Positions 1 through 10,877 of a DNA stretch of 32,856 nucleotides are shown piece by piece. Both the position numbers and the translations under genes were made by a program. This DNA comes from Savitreella phatthalungensis (lineage: Eukaryota), in assembly GCA_051599415.1 (NCBI GenBank), contig AP039700.1, positions 434,001 through 466,856 on the forward strand, given 5' to 3'. The notes under the pieces were generated by a model. That model searched no databases and was not told the origin of the DNA. It saw only the letters and a program-made list of their open reading frames with translations. How positions within the stretch are numbered: the stretch's first letter is position 1; the number at the start of each line of letters is the position of its first letter.

Positions 1-102
1 ATCCATGATCACAGGTCTACGTGCTTCTATTGTCAGTTAACCATCTGTACGCATAGACCATTATATCAACCCAAGTCAAGACCTTCAACAATCAGGCGTC
101 TA

Positions 103-1080
103 ATGAGCCTCGATCTAGGTCGATGGGACGCTGTCTGGCGCATACTAGAGGATGACTCAATCACCAAGAAGAACGACAAATCGTGCACTCCGGCTGCTGT
201 CGACTTTGTCTCAAAGCTCAGGCAAGACATGGGACGCGGCGTGCATGCAGTCAGACCCAGCTCGCTAGACACACCACCACAGCTCAATGACTGTGCCAGC
301 GCCTCCGAAGACGACATTGTCACGTCGTCCGATGAGGATACGTCTGACCGTCTGCGTCGTCTCCGGGACCAGATGGACAAAGCCATGCTAAAGTATTCCA
401 CACAGCATGAGCGATTGGAACCGCGAGTGCGCGCCATGCGAACTCGCCAAAAACTTGCAAACATGGCGGTGTCAAGCGATGCAAGACCACATGTCTTCGT
501 TGACTCCTCAAATCTTTACCTAGGATTTCAGCAAACACTGCAGGATCTCCATCCGAAGGAATATCCGGCATTCGCGCCACCACACCGGAGACCGAAGATG
601 GACTTGGCAGTGCTGGCAACGATCCTTGAGCGCGACCGAAAATGCGAGAGACGTGTCCTTGTCGGTAGTACTCCATTGCTTCAGCGTTGGACACCTGCCG
701 AACGCTTAGGCTACGAGATCTCCCTGCTTGAGCGACTACCCGGGATCGGACAATCGCCAAGCCGCGCTTCTGGCGGGACGCGCAAAGAACAGGGTGTCGA
801 CGAATTGCTTCATCTCAAGATGCTCGAATCTGTACTCGACGCAGAGCCGGGTGTTATGGTTCTGGGAACGGGTGATGCTCGACAAGCACAGTTTTCCGCC
901 GGTGGATTTTTCGCCTGCGCTCTCAGGGCTCTCGCGCGAGGATGGTCTGTCGAGGTAGTCGCATGGTCCTCAGGCTGTGGACAGGCCTGGTTCGAGCTCA
1001 AACGGCAATATGAGCGACTAGGCGATGCCCATTTCCAGCTCATATTGCTTGACGACTTCGTTCATGAACTCGAAGCTTGA
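103..1080 (+). CDS. NYN/LabA-DUF88 (PIN-like fold) domain protein, putative RNase
   Basis: 325-aa ORF with the acidic motifs typical of NYN domains: VFVDSSN, KEQGVDELLHLKM, MVLGTGDA, then a GW.VEV..W strand. The start is uncertain because it lies close to the window edge. Confidence 0.75.
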   Translation: MSLDLGRWDAVWRILEDDSITKKNDKSCTPAAVDFVSKLRQDMGRGVHAVRPSSLDTPPQLNDCASASEDDIVTSSDEDTSDRLRRLRDQMDKAMLKYSTQHERLEPRVRAMRTRQKLANMAVSSDARPHVFVDSSNLYLGFQQTLQDLHPKEYPAFAPPHRRPKMDLAVLATILERDRKCERRVLVGSTPLLQRWTPAERLGYEISLLERLPGIGQSPSRASGGTRKEQGVDELLHLKMLESVLDAEPGVMVLGTGDARQAQFSAGGFFACALRALARGWSVEVVAWSSGCGQAWFELKRQYERLGDAHFQLILLDDFVHELEA

Positions 1081-1226
1081 GCTATCACGATGATGTGCAT
1101 ATGCAGTGACGTAGAAAATGTTGATGATAATGATAATGATGTCTCTGTCTGAAGCGTACAAATGCTGGTGGTCGTTACGTGTTCATCAAGGGCAAGTCCC
1201 TACGTTTGAATTCCTCAACACAAGCC

Positions 1227-2606
1227 TCAAAGCCTTAGGGTGCTCCGTAAGGCATCCAGAGCTCTCGTCTCCTCACCCCAACGTACCGCAGCTGCGAGTG
1301 ATCCGACAGGTTGAAGGTGCATGTGGGGAACCTGAGACGAGGAATGCTGCTGCTGTGCTCGAGATAGATCTGTCGGAGTGTCCGCGATATCGAGATCCCG
1401 GAGCGAAGGCAAGCGTTGTGTGCGCGAATCGTTTCGATTGGCCGTCTTGTCCGTGCCCGGACTCGGTATGCGCGGAGCCACTGCTGGCGGACTTGGTCGC
1501 CGCCCTTTGTCGCCATTCACGGAGATGCGACCGCTCCCGGGGCCTGCTGAATGACGACGGTAATATGCCACATCCGGGTCCATGTATGCAGTCGAGGTCG
1601 ATTGGCGACGGTGGACATCCGGCGAACTTGCGCCTCGGCGGCCCGGGGACACTGGCGAACCATACGAGTCGGTTTGCGGAGAGACCGTACTCGGCGCTGC
1701 ACCCAATTTGAAGTGGCTGTAGTCGGGACGTTCAAAATGCTGGTGATTATGCTGCGCATAATGCTGGTGCGCGTGAAGCTGCGACTGATAGGGATGAAAG
1801 TGGGAAGGCGGGGTGTGATAGCCTGCCGGACGGCCAGAAAGATGGGAGCCCGCGTACCGGCCATCTACAGAGGGTCGGCGGCTATCGCTGAATGTCTGTC
1901 GCGACTCTGTGGACTGTCGACGGTCAAGTGACCAGTCCCGCGAGAAGTGCCCGTGCTGATTTGAGAGTGAGCTATGATATGACATATCGCGCGGCTGCAG
2001 CGGCGGGGCTTTGTCTCCGCTTGATCGCCTGACGTCACTTACGTGTCGATGCTCGGGCGACTCATGAGATGAGACCTCTGGATACAAGCCTCGCGGTATT
2101 GTGATATGAGCTAATGCTGAATCGGTTGAAGGCGCCTGCAGCTGTGCACTTGCAGGATCTGACCGTGCAAAGTATGAGATGAGATGCAGCTTCTGGTCTT
2201 CGCTGGTTGTGATCGAAAAGGACTGTTTGACTAGACCATCAGCTTTATACTTATAGCCATCGATGTCGACACCTTCATGCATGTCATCAGAGTCCTCTGA
2301 GCCAGATTGAGAGCCTTTCGAGATCCGTACGCCGTTACTGTTCGGCCCGCTCCGCTTGCCTTCCATCTCGCGGTAGGTCAGGAAAGAGCCAGAGACCCGC
2401 GAGGCTGACCACGATTTGCCATCGGTCCAACGTCTCATGCCTGCTTCCTTCTCGTCCCACACAAAGACGCTGCCAGTCCGAATGGCAGCTCTTTCTCTGT
2501 CGCTCAGCCTACGCTGTATTCTGGGCAGAATGCCCAGGCGGCACGCCTCAAACAAAAGAGTTGCGTCTTGCGGTGTACGCACATGTCCCAAGTACGTGTG
2601 AGCCAT
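1227..2606 (-). CDS. Gti1/Pac2 family (WOPR domain) transcriptional regulator, Pac2-like
   Basis: N-terminus TYLGHVRTPQDATLLFEAC...RRLSDRER..IRTGSVFVW.E...GMRRWTDGKSWSASRVSGSFLTYREM, and second half-domain YKYKADGLVKQSFSI...HLISYF, followed by a low-complexity tail. Start placed at the ATG at 2606 (the ORF track extends to 2768 from a non-ATG codon). Confidence 0.9.
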   Translation of the reverse strand: MAHTYLGHVRTPQDATLLFEACRLGILPRIQRRLSDRERAAIRTGSVFVWDEKEAGMRRWTDGKSWSASRVSGSFLTYREMEGKRSGPNSNGVRISKGSQSGSEDSDDMHEGVDIDGYKYKADGLVKQSFSITTSEDQKLHLISYFARSDPASAQLQAPSTDSALAHITIPRGLYPEVSSHESPEHRHVSDVRRSSGDKAPPLQPRDMSYHSSLSNQHGHFSRDWSLDRRQSTESRQTFSDSRRPSVDGRYAGSHLSGRPAGYHTPPSHFHPYQSQLHAHQHYAQHNHQHFERPDYSHFKLGAAPSTVSPQTDSYGSPVSPGRRGASSPDVHRRQSTSTAYMDPDVAYYRRHSAGPGSGRISVNGDKGRRPSPPAVAPRIPSPGTDKTANRNDSRTQRLPSLRDLDIADTPTDLSRAQQQHSSSQVPHMHLQPVGSLAAAVRWGEETRALDALRSTLRL

Positions 2607-4846
2607 TTTTGTGTCGCGCTGCCCACTCGAAGATACTAGCAGCGCGACCTTTTTTGAACGAGGCAGTACTTTTGTCGAATGCTGTCTGTTGTTCTGAAGC
2701 CTATATGCTATGTGCCTGGCGTAGCCAAGGTCAGAATAATGCGTCTTTCTATTGTAAGCCTCTCCCAAGATTAAGCCGACGAAGACTCAGAGCTTCCTTT
2801 ATTCGATGCGATGCTTTGCTTGCTTGTGTCTGTGCGTGTTCTATCAGACTCGTGACATATTGTCGCCTCGCATTGCCTTTCCGCCGAGTTGGCAAACGCG
2901 TGGTGTGGCCACAAACGCTACCACCGACACAGCCTTCCGCTCTCAGATTCTCCGGCGTAGCGCTGACAGTCATAGATTTTCGGGATGGAAAACTTTATTA
3001 CTAACAACTCATGGGCAAATTGTACACCGCTCAGATCGGACAGTCCTGAATTACGACTCCAACTTCCGAACACAGTATCAAAACACAATCAACTAGTTTC
3101 AGCAGACGCAGTATTGTATTCCTCGGGGATGCTTAAGCTCCGACATGGCTTAGATATGAATCTTGCAAAATGAAATCATTCCACCTAGTCAAGCTGAATT
3201 CACACATCGGCTCTTTTTCCCTTTGGTTGACGGCCAACACACATCTGCTGAGGGGATATCCGATACTCCTAGACATACCGAAACCATCTTGGCAAACTTT
3301 TAGGTTTCTATGGTTCGAGAAATTGGTACAAGTACATCAGTGGCGCAGCCTTCCGTCCGGGATACAATTATTCCACTGGTCAGTCAATAAGATGTTCGGC
3401 GGCAAGATTTAGCGATGACCTTGATCCGAAGTCAGCCGGCGGAATTTCCTCTCGCTGCGCCGAAAATTTACCAGCTGCCTCACAGCCAAGAGACCGGTAA
3501 AGCCTCAAATGATTTCGATTACTTGAGATTGTACGTACTTCAGGCTCCCCTGGCACTTGCCAACTTGAGCAGGATGAAGGCGCGGGTGCCAACTCGAATT
3601 GAAACTCCCGCCACAGCCACATATTGAAGAGGTTATTCGTTTGGAAGAGAATTACATAGAGTGAGACCCAGAAAACCTTGCTCGGCCTGCACGGCGAAAT
3701 AAGAACTTACATGATCGCCGAACCTCCTGCCCGTTTGAGTTCACTTCCATCCGCGAAAAGGTCCAAATGTCAATCGAGAGGTCGCATCGCGTGCTTACTG
3801 GACAGCCTCGCCGCCCCTTATGAGGCCACAGCTAGTAAGTTACTCGAAGTGTAAAAATTGGGATTATACACGATTCAAGTATACTGCCTGTCCTAAACCT
3901 CTGTTCAGCAAGGTCAAACGATAAAGCTTAATTTCGCAGAAGCAAGTCTTGGCGATATCTAGCCTAAGCACTATCGGTAGAAAGAAGTTGCCTCTTGCAG
4001 AGTAGGTCTGTAGATACAGGCAGCAACAAGTCTGGCCATGGGGTGGAGAGGTTGTACACCCTTAACATCGCCCCAAAGCACGAATACATGAGTCAGGCGT
4101 CTCAACATGCATGATTCGGCAAGCCCAGTGGCCGCGTGGGACTCATCTGCACTTTGAAACATACGCGGCGTGTACTCTGCAGGTAGATACATGCCGTCAT
4201 CACGAGCATCATGCGCCTGAAGTCCGCAATATGTTATATGCTTGGTCCAATCTCCGTGAATGGGTGGCGCTATGGACATTCCTTGTCTACTGTTCTTGAC
4301 CGGAGGACATTTGTCAGACCGTGAGCGAACGAGGGGCGACAGTGTAGGACAGCAAATTAGAGGTGTGTAGCACATATGAATACCCGACTGCATTGCCACA
4401 TATGGCAGTTGAGCTAGAATCGACTTCATGAGCTCGCTACAAGCCGACGAGGATATCGTACAATATCACACGATGAAGGGGGAATTGTGCACATCGTGTT
4501 TACTCCCCTGGCACCTGTCGGCAGACTTTGTGCATATAACTTGAGGCTGGCAAAGGATGCGGCCAGCTTCAGCATGGTCAACTGCGATCAACCTTGGACA
4601 ACATGACCGTGGGTAAGCCAACCTATTCAATGAACAGCTAGCTACCTGAACCTTCGGGAACGGGAACCGGGAACGGGAATGGGCTGGACTCACTAGCCAC
4701 GAATTTGGCGCGCAATTCTATCGATTGATTTGTCGATCGTGCAAGATAATATCGCGATGCACAGATCATGCGTATGCACCGGCAAGATCAAAAGCCAGAT
4801 CAGGCACATAAGTTATTCTTCTACAGCTCCTGATATACAACCTGCC

Positions 4847-6091
4847 ATGAGCGACGAAGAGGATATCCGTGCCCGGCTTGAAGCGCATGGTCAGGCATTT
4901 CAAGGGCTACTGGAGCTAATACCAGCGAAGTTCTACAATCCGGAACACCACGATGCGCCTGATGGTCAGTGGAACAAGCGCAAGCAGACAAAGGAGGAGG
5001 CAAAGCAGGCAAAGCGCGCCAGACTAGACCCTGAACAATTCGGGCTGACAACGACTCCCAAGAACGTCTCTCAACAGACGGAAACGACGCTCGGTCCGAA
5101 ATCTCGCGCACCTCGGAAAAGCTCTGTACCTGCGCCAGCTAAGAAAACCGAGAGCCAGCGCTCAGAGGCAGTCGCTCCCGCGGGGTCAGAACCCAAGGCA
5201 AGCCAGGAAGTGAGTGAGCAAGAGATCACCGCAGCCGGAGTCAATAAAACGAATCGAGCAAAGGAGGTCAGTGAAATGCGAGCACGCCTCGCCGCCAAAA
5301 TCGAGAGTCTGCGCGCGAAAAGGAAGGCTCTGGGCTCCGGTGCAGAAGGCGCGCCGTCCTCTCGGCAGGCGATCCTTGAAAGCCGACGGAAAAAGGATCA
5401 GTTACGGCAGGAGCGTAAGAGAGTCGAGCGGGAGGACGCCAAACGGACGGAAGTCCTGAAGCTGTCTGAGACGAATCCAGAAGTCGTGGACGAGGTCCGC
5501 GATGTTAAGAGCGATTCCGATCCAGAAAGAGGAGAAGAGGACGAAGCGTTGGCTAAACCGGCGGATGGATTATCCTTCGGTCGTATTGCAACGCTCGATC
5601 GCCGTGAGTCTCGTGAAGCCAAGCAACGCGACCCGAAAACGGCTTTAGCTCACGCACTCGCCAAGAGAGCAAGAATCAGTGGCATGCCCACAGAGCAACG
5701 TGACAAAATTGGTGAGTCGGATGCCTGGCATAAAGCGCTATTATTGGCGGAAGGCGATAAGCGTGGAGCAAAATCCGTCGTCCGCACTCAGCGAACACGG
5801 CGAGGCAGCTCATTCTCCAAGAGTGCTAATGAAGACGACGTCGCGGGCTTGCGGAAAGCTGTGAAGCGTCAAGAGGCGCAGAAGAAGAAATCAGAGAAGG
5901 AATGGCGCGAACGTCTCGCGAATATCGCGAAGGCCAAGGCAGCGAAGCAGCGCAATCGTGAACAGAACCTCAAGGACCGCCGCGACTCGAAAGGCAAGAA
6001 AGGTGGACACAAGAGAGGGCCACAGGTCGGCCATCATAATAGCGGCAAGAAGGGTGGAAAGAAGCGTCCTGGATTTGAGGGAAGAAGATAG
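4847..6091 (+). CDS. RRP14: Ribosome biogenesis protein Rrp14 / SURF6 family
   Basis: N-terminal RLEAHGQAFQGLLELIPAKFY and K..K.ARLDP motifs. C-terminal Lys/Arg-rich SURF6 domain (W.KAL..AEG.K ... KKKSEKEWRER ... REQNL) ending KRPGFEG. ATG at 4847. Confidence 0.9.
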   Translation: MSDEEDIRARLEAHGQAFQGLLELIPAKFYNPEHHDAPDGQWNKRKQTKEEAKQAKRARLDPEQFGLTTTPKNVSQQTETTLGPKSRAPRKSSVPAPAKKTESQRSEAVAPAGSEPKASQEVSEQEITAAGVNKTNRAKEVSEMRARLAAKIESLRAKRKALGSGAEGAPSSRQAILESRRKKDQLRQERKRVEREDAKRTEVLKLSETNPEVVDEVRDVKSDSDPERGEEDEALAKPADGLSFGRIATLDRRESREAKQRDPKTALAHALAKRARISGMPTEQRDKIGESDAWHKALLLAEGDKRGAKSVVRTQRTRRGSSFSKSANEDDVAGLRKAVKRQEAQKKKSEKEWRERLANIAKAKAAKQRNREQNLKDRRDSKGKKGGHKRGPQVGHHNSGKKGGKKRPGFEGRR

Positions 6092-6094
6092 TTC

Positions 6095-7045
6095 TCAACA
6101 CTTGCACTTCCTTCTAAGTGCGTCTAATTCATCGTACAAATGCAGCAGGAGCCGAGTCAAATCGGCATTGTTCAACGCGGATATCCGAGCCCTATCGAGT
6201 AAAGCGTCCGTTCGTTCGTTGGTGCTTGTATTGCTCGATATGATCACCTCTGCCGAATCTAGTACATCTGTGTCGTTGGGAAGCGGACTCACGGGTGGAA
6301 GCATGATTTTGCTCGCACGGGTTGCTGCCAAGGCTAGATCGTGTCTCGGGGGTGAAGTGGTTCTTCGACGTTTTGATGGTGGCGGGGTCATTATTGTTCT
6401 TTGCCTCTCCGGCGCAATGGTATGCTCGTCGTCAGTTGTGTCGTCACTCAGGACATCGTCCATATGTGCACGTTCAGAAGCGTGAACGAGCGCTGATCCC
6501 TGGAGATCAGGTCGATAAAGCGCCATCGGCGAATCGAACGAGTCGCTAGCAGCTTCGCTGCGTGTTCCGGACTCTAGTGCACGAAATTCTGACGGCGCTC
6601 CAAAGTAACGATCATGCTGACTCTGCAGCTGCAGATCGATCCTGCGTAGGTCTCCTCCGTTGATGGTGCCATTTTGTTGTCGTACGAGTTCTCGCACGAG
6701 CCTGAATCTCTCGCCCTCACGTGCTTGTTCCTCAACACCCCGGCACTCGGCCAGAGAAGCTTTGATAGCCTCTGTCTCGCCACATTGGGTCTCCTCGTCC
6801 TCGCACCACGCCCAGAAGTCGCAGCGCCGCCCCTCTGGCGCTTTCGGATGCGCATTGCAGGTGAAAAACCATTTCCCCTTGTTTCGTCCAGCCTTTCGGG
6901 TCTCGCGGCGCGCAGCCTTACGAGAGCATCCACACAGCCACCCCTGCCCAGGATCGTAGCGCCCAAGAGCGCGTAAACATGCCTTATCTACATGCGAGTC
7001 AAGCTGTTGTGGCATGCTGCTTTCACTGACATCAGCGTAATGCAT
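6095..7045 (-). CDS. GRF-type zinc finger protein
   Basis: CGC...G.NKGKWFFTC...RCDFWAW matches zf-GRF spacing. The remainder is low-complexity or short coiled-coil. Start 7045 or 7015. Confidence 0.75.
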   Translation of the reverse strand: MHYADVSESSMPQQLDSHVDKACLRALGRYDPGQGWLCGCSRKAARRETRKAGRNKGKWFFTCNAHPKAPEGRRCDFWAWCEDEETQCGETEAIKASLAECRGVEEQAREGERFRLVRELVRQQNGTINGGDLRRIDLQLQSQHDRYFGAPSEFRALESGTRSEAASDSFDSPMALYRPDLQGSALVHASERAHMDDVLSDDTTDDEHTIAPERQRTIMTPPPSKRRRTTSPPRHDLALAATRASKIMLPPVSPLPNDTDVLDSAEVIISSNTSTNERTDALLDRARISALNNADLTRLLLHLYDELDALRRKCKC

Positions 7046-7271
7046 CCACTTTAACTATCAATGGCATTGACTGGAACATGCTGTCTGGGGCTCCTTGGAA
7101 TTCAAATGACTGCATTTCGAACGATACCTGATCAGTCGACTCACTATACAACTTCGAATGGGTACCAGGTTTCATGGGTATGAATATTGAATTTTAAGTG
7201 CAATATGCATACATGCGCACATACAGCACGCTGCACCGGCACCATCGAAGTGTCATACACTATTCCATATG

Positions 7272-9713
7272 CTACTTCAGCTTGATGCCCTGCGAAAACC
7301 AAATGAGGCCTGTGTCGCGCTTTACAACCTCTGCCCACTCTGGTAGCTCGCGTTGAACAGTCTCGAAGGCTTCAATCTGTCCCTCGCGTCGATCGTCGAG
7401 GAAGCAAGTGATCCTGCCAGACGTACCGGCAGCGTCCTCGTCGAAGATGATTTCGAAAGGCTTATTCCAGTCGCGCCTGTACAGACGAAGATGTGACTCC
7501 CGTGCATGTACCTTGTGGTCATTGATCTTGCATATCTGCAGCGCAGATTCGAACTGCAGGTCGCAGATTCGAGAGTTCGTCGTGTCAACCGTTAAGCGCA
7601 GCTGGCCCGTTCGATTGTCTTCCTTTACATGGGAAGTGATGCCGGCACGAAGGAGACGCTTGTCAATTGACGTTTTGAAGTTGCAGCTGTCGAGCCCACG
7701 CTTCGATGCGTCTCGAGTGCAATTCAGCCCCTCCTGCGCAAGAGCCAATTGGCCCACGGCTTGACTCAAAAATCCTGGAACTCCTTCAATGACGACCTCC
7801 GAAGTTTTCGCGTCGAGGTCAACAAATTGTCGGAAATAGAGCTTGAGAGGAGCCTTCACATCGAAGGGAGCTTTAAGCACTGTCGTTGCACTGAGAATGC
7901 AGAGAAGCAACAAGAATGCAGGTAGTGCAGTACTAAGGCTGGTTGAAAGGAAAAAAGGTGCGAGGTTGAAGAATGTGAGGACGGCAAAGACGCTCACGAT
8001 TGCGTAGACAATGCCAGGACTCGATGGGTCGGACAAAGTCTGTGATAAACCCGGAAGGACATTACTGAAAAGCAACCATAACGCAACAAGCGCCGGTAGT
8101 GGCACAAAGATGAGGTACTTTACAATCCATGTCGTTCCCGATCGATAATCGCGCGAGCGCTTATCGCGCAGTATTGACTCTTCGATCTCAGGTGCCAAAG
8201 GCTCGCGTCGCAACAGTGGCGAAGATTCATGGGACTGTCTGTCGTCTTCTGCAAAATGTGAGGATTCGAAATGCTCTCGCGGCGGAACATACGCGCTTCG
8301 CTCGAAGAGAGAAACGAGTGCGACAGCCAGTGACGCGATGAAATTGAGCGTGATAACATATGTTGAGCCGAGACCTTTCACCAGACTGATTACGGTGGAA
8401 ATGAATAACAGCACGTACCAGATGATGCATAGTTCCCATGACATGACTCGAGAGAGATCGTGCTGGTCGCGAATACGAGAGATGAAGATCCTGGTCGCCA
8501 CCATGCTTGCCGTGAATGAACCCAACAATAAAGTGGCTGATACCAGCAACGGGGATGAATACACAATGTAAGGGTTGCACAGGTTGATCAAGATGGCCAG
8601 TCCAGCGACCATGCTGGCCTGGACAATGAGCGCGCCAAAGGTGCGACCAAGGCCCACAATCTTGATTCGTGCCACGTAGCTCCGTACTGCAAAACTCGCT
8701 CCTAGCAACACAGGAGCTGCGAGAAGGAGAATGAGATCCAGCACCAGTAATTTGGTCAAGGTGGTCGAAAAGAAGAAGAGCCCGAGAAAGTCGAAATAGA
8801 ACGGACGCGAAGAGTGCGTGCCTTTGGGTTGACCTGACAAGTTCAGCATGGTCTGCTCCGCGGCGCTAAGCATGTGCTCAATCGAGTACGCACTTGTCGT
8901 TTTTGTCGAGTCGCGGCGTGTATGATATAGTGAGCGAGGAGCGAAGAATGCAATGTCCAGACCCGGGACCACAGGATCATATACCACAAAGTCAGTCTCG
9001 CTTCGGATAAATCGCTGTCGGAAGAAGTCGTTTCCCGCGATAGATGCTAGCGGTAGTTTGCTACCCCGGTATGCCTTGGCGACTTCTGCGTTTGAGACCC
9101 GGAACAAGACAGCCTTACCACCAGCACCGGCGCCCTCGAGATTAACGAAAGCCTTTACATTCTTCATGCGATCGTGCCTCAGAAAAGCCTGCGCGCCAAA
9201 AAGACCGTCTTCCTCTGCATCGTTGATGTTGAACACCAAATTGGCTGGAAGCGAGTGCTTGCAGTACTTCTGGATCAAAGCAAGCAGCACCGTTATTCCT
9301 ACACCGTCGTCTGTCGCACCGTTACCAGAGCTCACGCTGTCGTAGTGCGCAGACAACAGAATGGATTCGTTGACCTTGTCTCTATTCGACGGTAGATATA
9401 TGACGAGGTTGCGCTGCTCAAAGTAGGTCGATACTTTGACATCTCGATTGTCGCCATGAGAAATCCAAGTCGTGGAGTTGTCGCTATCATCAATGGCACT
9501 TGGACAGTCGCGTGAGATGATATGGCGGAGATAGTCGAGCACTTCGTCGTTCCGTCTGCTGTTGTACGGATGTGGCTCCTTGGCGATCTCTTGCAGTCGC
9601 GTATATGCGATGCGACTCGCCTTAGAGGGCTTTGGCAGACGACCATTCTGCACGAGTACCACGAAGAAGACAGCCACCAAGGCTACGAGCGACGTAGCCA
9701 GTGGCAAGCGCAT
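7272..9713 (-). CDS. PFF1: M28-family multi-pass membrane zinc metallopeptidase (vacuolar Pff1 / ERMP1-like)
   Basis: N-terminal TM segment; metal ligand motifs SAHYDS, GATDDG.G, AEE.GL.GA, NLEGAGAGG, SETDF, YHT; then about 8 hydrophobic segments and a soluble C-terminal domain; 813 aa. Confidence 0.88.
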   Translation of the reverse strand: MRLPLATSLVALVAVFFVVLVQNGRLPKPSKASRIAYTRLQEIAKEPHPYNSRRNDEVLDYLRHIISRDCPSAIDDSDNSTTWISHGDNRDVKVSTYFEQRNLVIYLPSNRDKVNESILLSAHYDSVSSGNGATDDGVGITVLLALIQKYCKHSLPANLVFNINDAEEDGLFGAQAFLRHDRMKNVKAFVNLEGAGAGGKAVLFRVSNAEVAKAYRGSKLPLASIAGNDFFRQRFIRSETDFVVYDPVVPGLDIAFFAPRSLYHTRRDSTKTTSAYSIEHMLSAAEQTMLNLSGQPKGTHSSRPFYFDFLGLFFFSTTLTKLLVLDLILLLAAPVLLGASFAVRSYVARIKIVGLGRTFGALIVQASMVAGLAILINLCNPYIVYSSPLLVSATLLLGSFTASMVATRIFISRIRDQHDLSRVMSWELCIIWYVLLFISTVISLVKGLGSTYVITLNFIASLAVALVSLFERSAYVPPREHFESSHFAEDDRQSHESSPLLRREPLAPEIEESILRDKRSRDYRSGTTWIVKYLIFVPLPALVALWLLFSNVLPGLSQTLSDPSSPGIVYAIVSVFAVLTFFNLAPFFLSTSLSTALPAFLLLLCILSATTVLKAPFDVKAPLKLYFRQFVDLDAKTSEVVIEGVPGFLSQAVGQLALAQEGLNCTRDASKRGLDSCNFKTSIDKRLLRAGITSHVKEDNRTGQLRLTVDTTNSRICDLQFESALQICKINDHKVHARESHLRLYRRDWNKPFEIIFDEDAAGTSGRITCFLDDRREGQIEAFETVQRELPEWAEVVKRDTGLIWFSQGIKLK

Positions 9714-9951
9714 CTAATATGTCTCGACGAGCTGATATGATGGGCTAGATGATGTTTAGTGCTCTCGATGTCGTGCTCGGTCGATGCACATTCTATCATC
9801 ATCACGCACACCGCCGTGGCCTTTTGTGCACATGTCGATTCATCTCAATGAGCCAAGCAATTTGATTGGCTGCCACGTCACAGGGCACAGCGCAATTGAA
9901 GGCCACGATCTTATGGACATCAATTATGAGGGTCCCAGGACGAGGAAGAAG

Positions 9952-10872
9952 ATGGGTTGTTTCTTCTCTTACTGTCTACCAACGCGCTTGACGACGCTCC
10001 CAGATTTGCAGAGAGTACCTGTCGGGCGCAGTGGCGTGCAAACACTGGAGGAGCGACTGATCCCGACACGCGCCAATGCTCGTCGCATAATCTTTATCGG
10101 TGATGTTCACGGCTGCATAAGATCCTTGCACGAGCTACTCAAAAGCTGCTCCTGGGACGAGACTAGAGATCATGTGGTGTTCGTCGGTGATCTCGTGGCA
10201 AAGGGCCCACGATCGCTCGAAGTCCTCGACTACGTGACCGCGCTGCGTCATCGCAAGGCTTGCACAATTATTCGTGGTAATCACGATGACAAGCTGCTGC
10301 GATGGTACCTCCTGTTGCAATCCCTGACAGACCCCCATAATCACCTTCAGGAGATCAATGCTGCAAGTCTGCCCCCTGATCTCAAGCCTGGGGATGAGCA
10401 TCGTCGAATCGCTGCCAGCCTCAAAGAGGAGCATGTGAATATGCTGGAAGCACTGCCATACGTCATCCGGATTCCGCTGACGGAACGACCAACGCGTCTA
10501 CTGGTAGAAGCCAAGTTCAACGAATACATTGTCGTTCATGCGGGTCTACTGCCAGGCGAACGCCTGGAGGCGCACTCGAGGTGGGTTGTGACGCATATGC
10601 GCGAAATCCGCCGAGGCAAAGCGTCTGATGGCAAGGACACGCGAAAGGGACCAAACAGGGATCGATTCTGGTGGGCGAGCATCTACTCCGCACAGAAAGG
10701 CCGATCTTGCGTGGTCTACGGCCATGATGCATCACGGCTTCTCCGCATCGGCCAAGAAGCTCGTCTGGTCCGTGGCCTCGATACCAAATGCTACGCGGGG
10801 AACAAATTGACCGCTTTGGTAGTCGACATCGCTGAGGGGGAGACGCTCGTGCAGGTCGATTATTGCGGCTAG
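9952..10872 (+). CDS. Calcineurin-like metallophosphoesterase, ApaH/Ppn2(YNL217W)-like
   Basis: Motifs IGDVHG, VGDLVAKGP, RGNHD, VHAG, YGHD, GLDT.C...LTA. Start chosen at MGCFFS (9952); upstream in-frame ATGs exist at 9913 and 9784. Confidence 0.85.
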   Translation: MGCFFSYCLPTRLTTLPDLQRVPVGRSGVQTLEERLIPTRANARRIIFIGDVHGCIRSLHELLKSCSWDETRDHVVFVGDLVAKGPRSLEVLDYVTALRHRKACTIIRGNHDDKLLRWYLLLQSLTDPHNHLQEINAASLPPDLKPGDEHRRIAASLKEEHVNMLEALPYVIRIPLTERPTRLLVEAKFNEYIVVHAGLLPGERLEAHSRWVVTHMREIRRGKASDGKDTRKGPNRDRFWWASIYSAQKGRSCVVYGHDASRLLRIGQEARLVRGLDTKCYAGNKLTALVVDIAEGETLVQVDYCG

Positions 10873-10877
10873 AGCGG

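Noticed and set aside
1088..1152. Possible C/D box snoRNA (TGATGA...CTGA)
   Set aside because: The boxes are too close together and sit within an (ATG/ATA)n microsatellite-like 3' region; no terminal stem or guide is evident.
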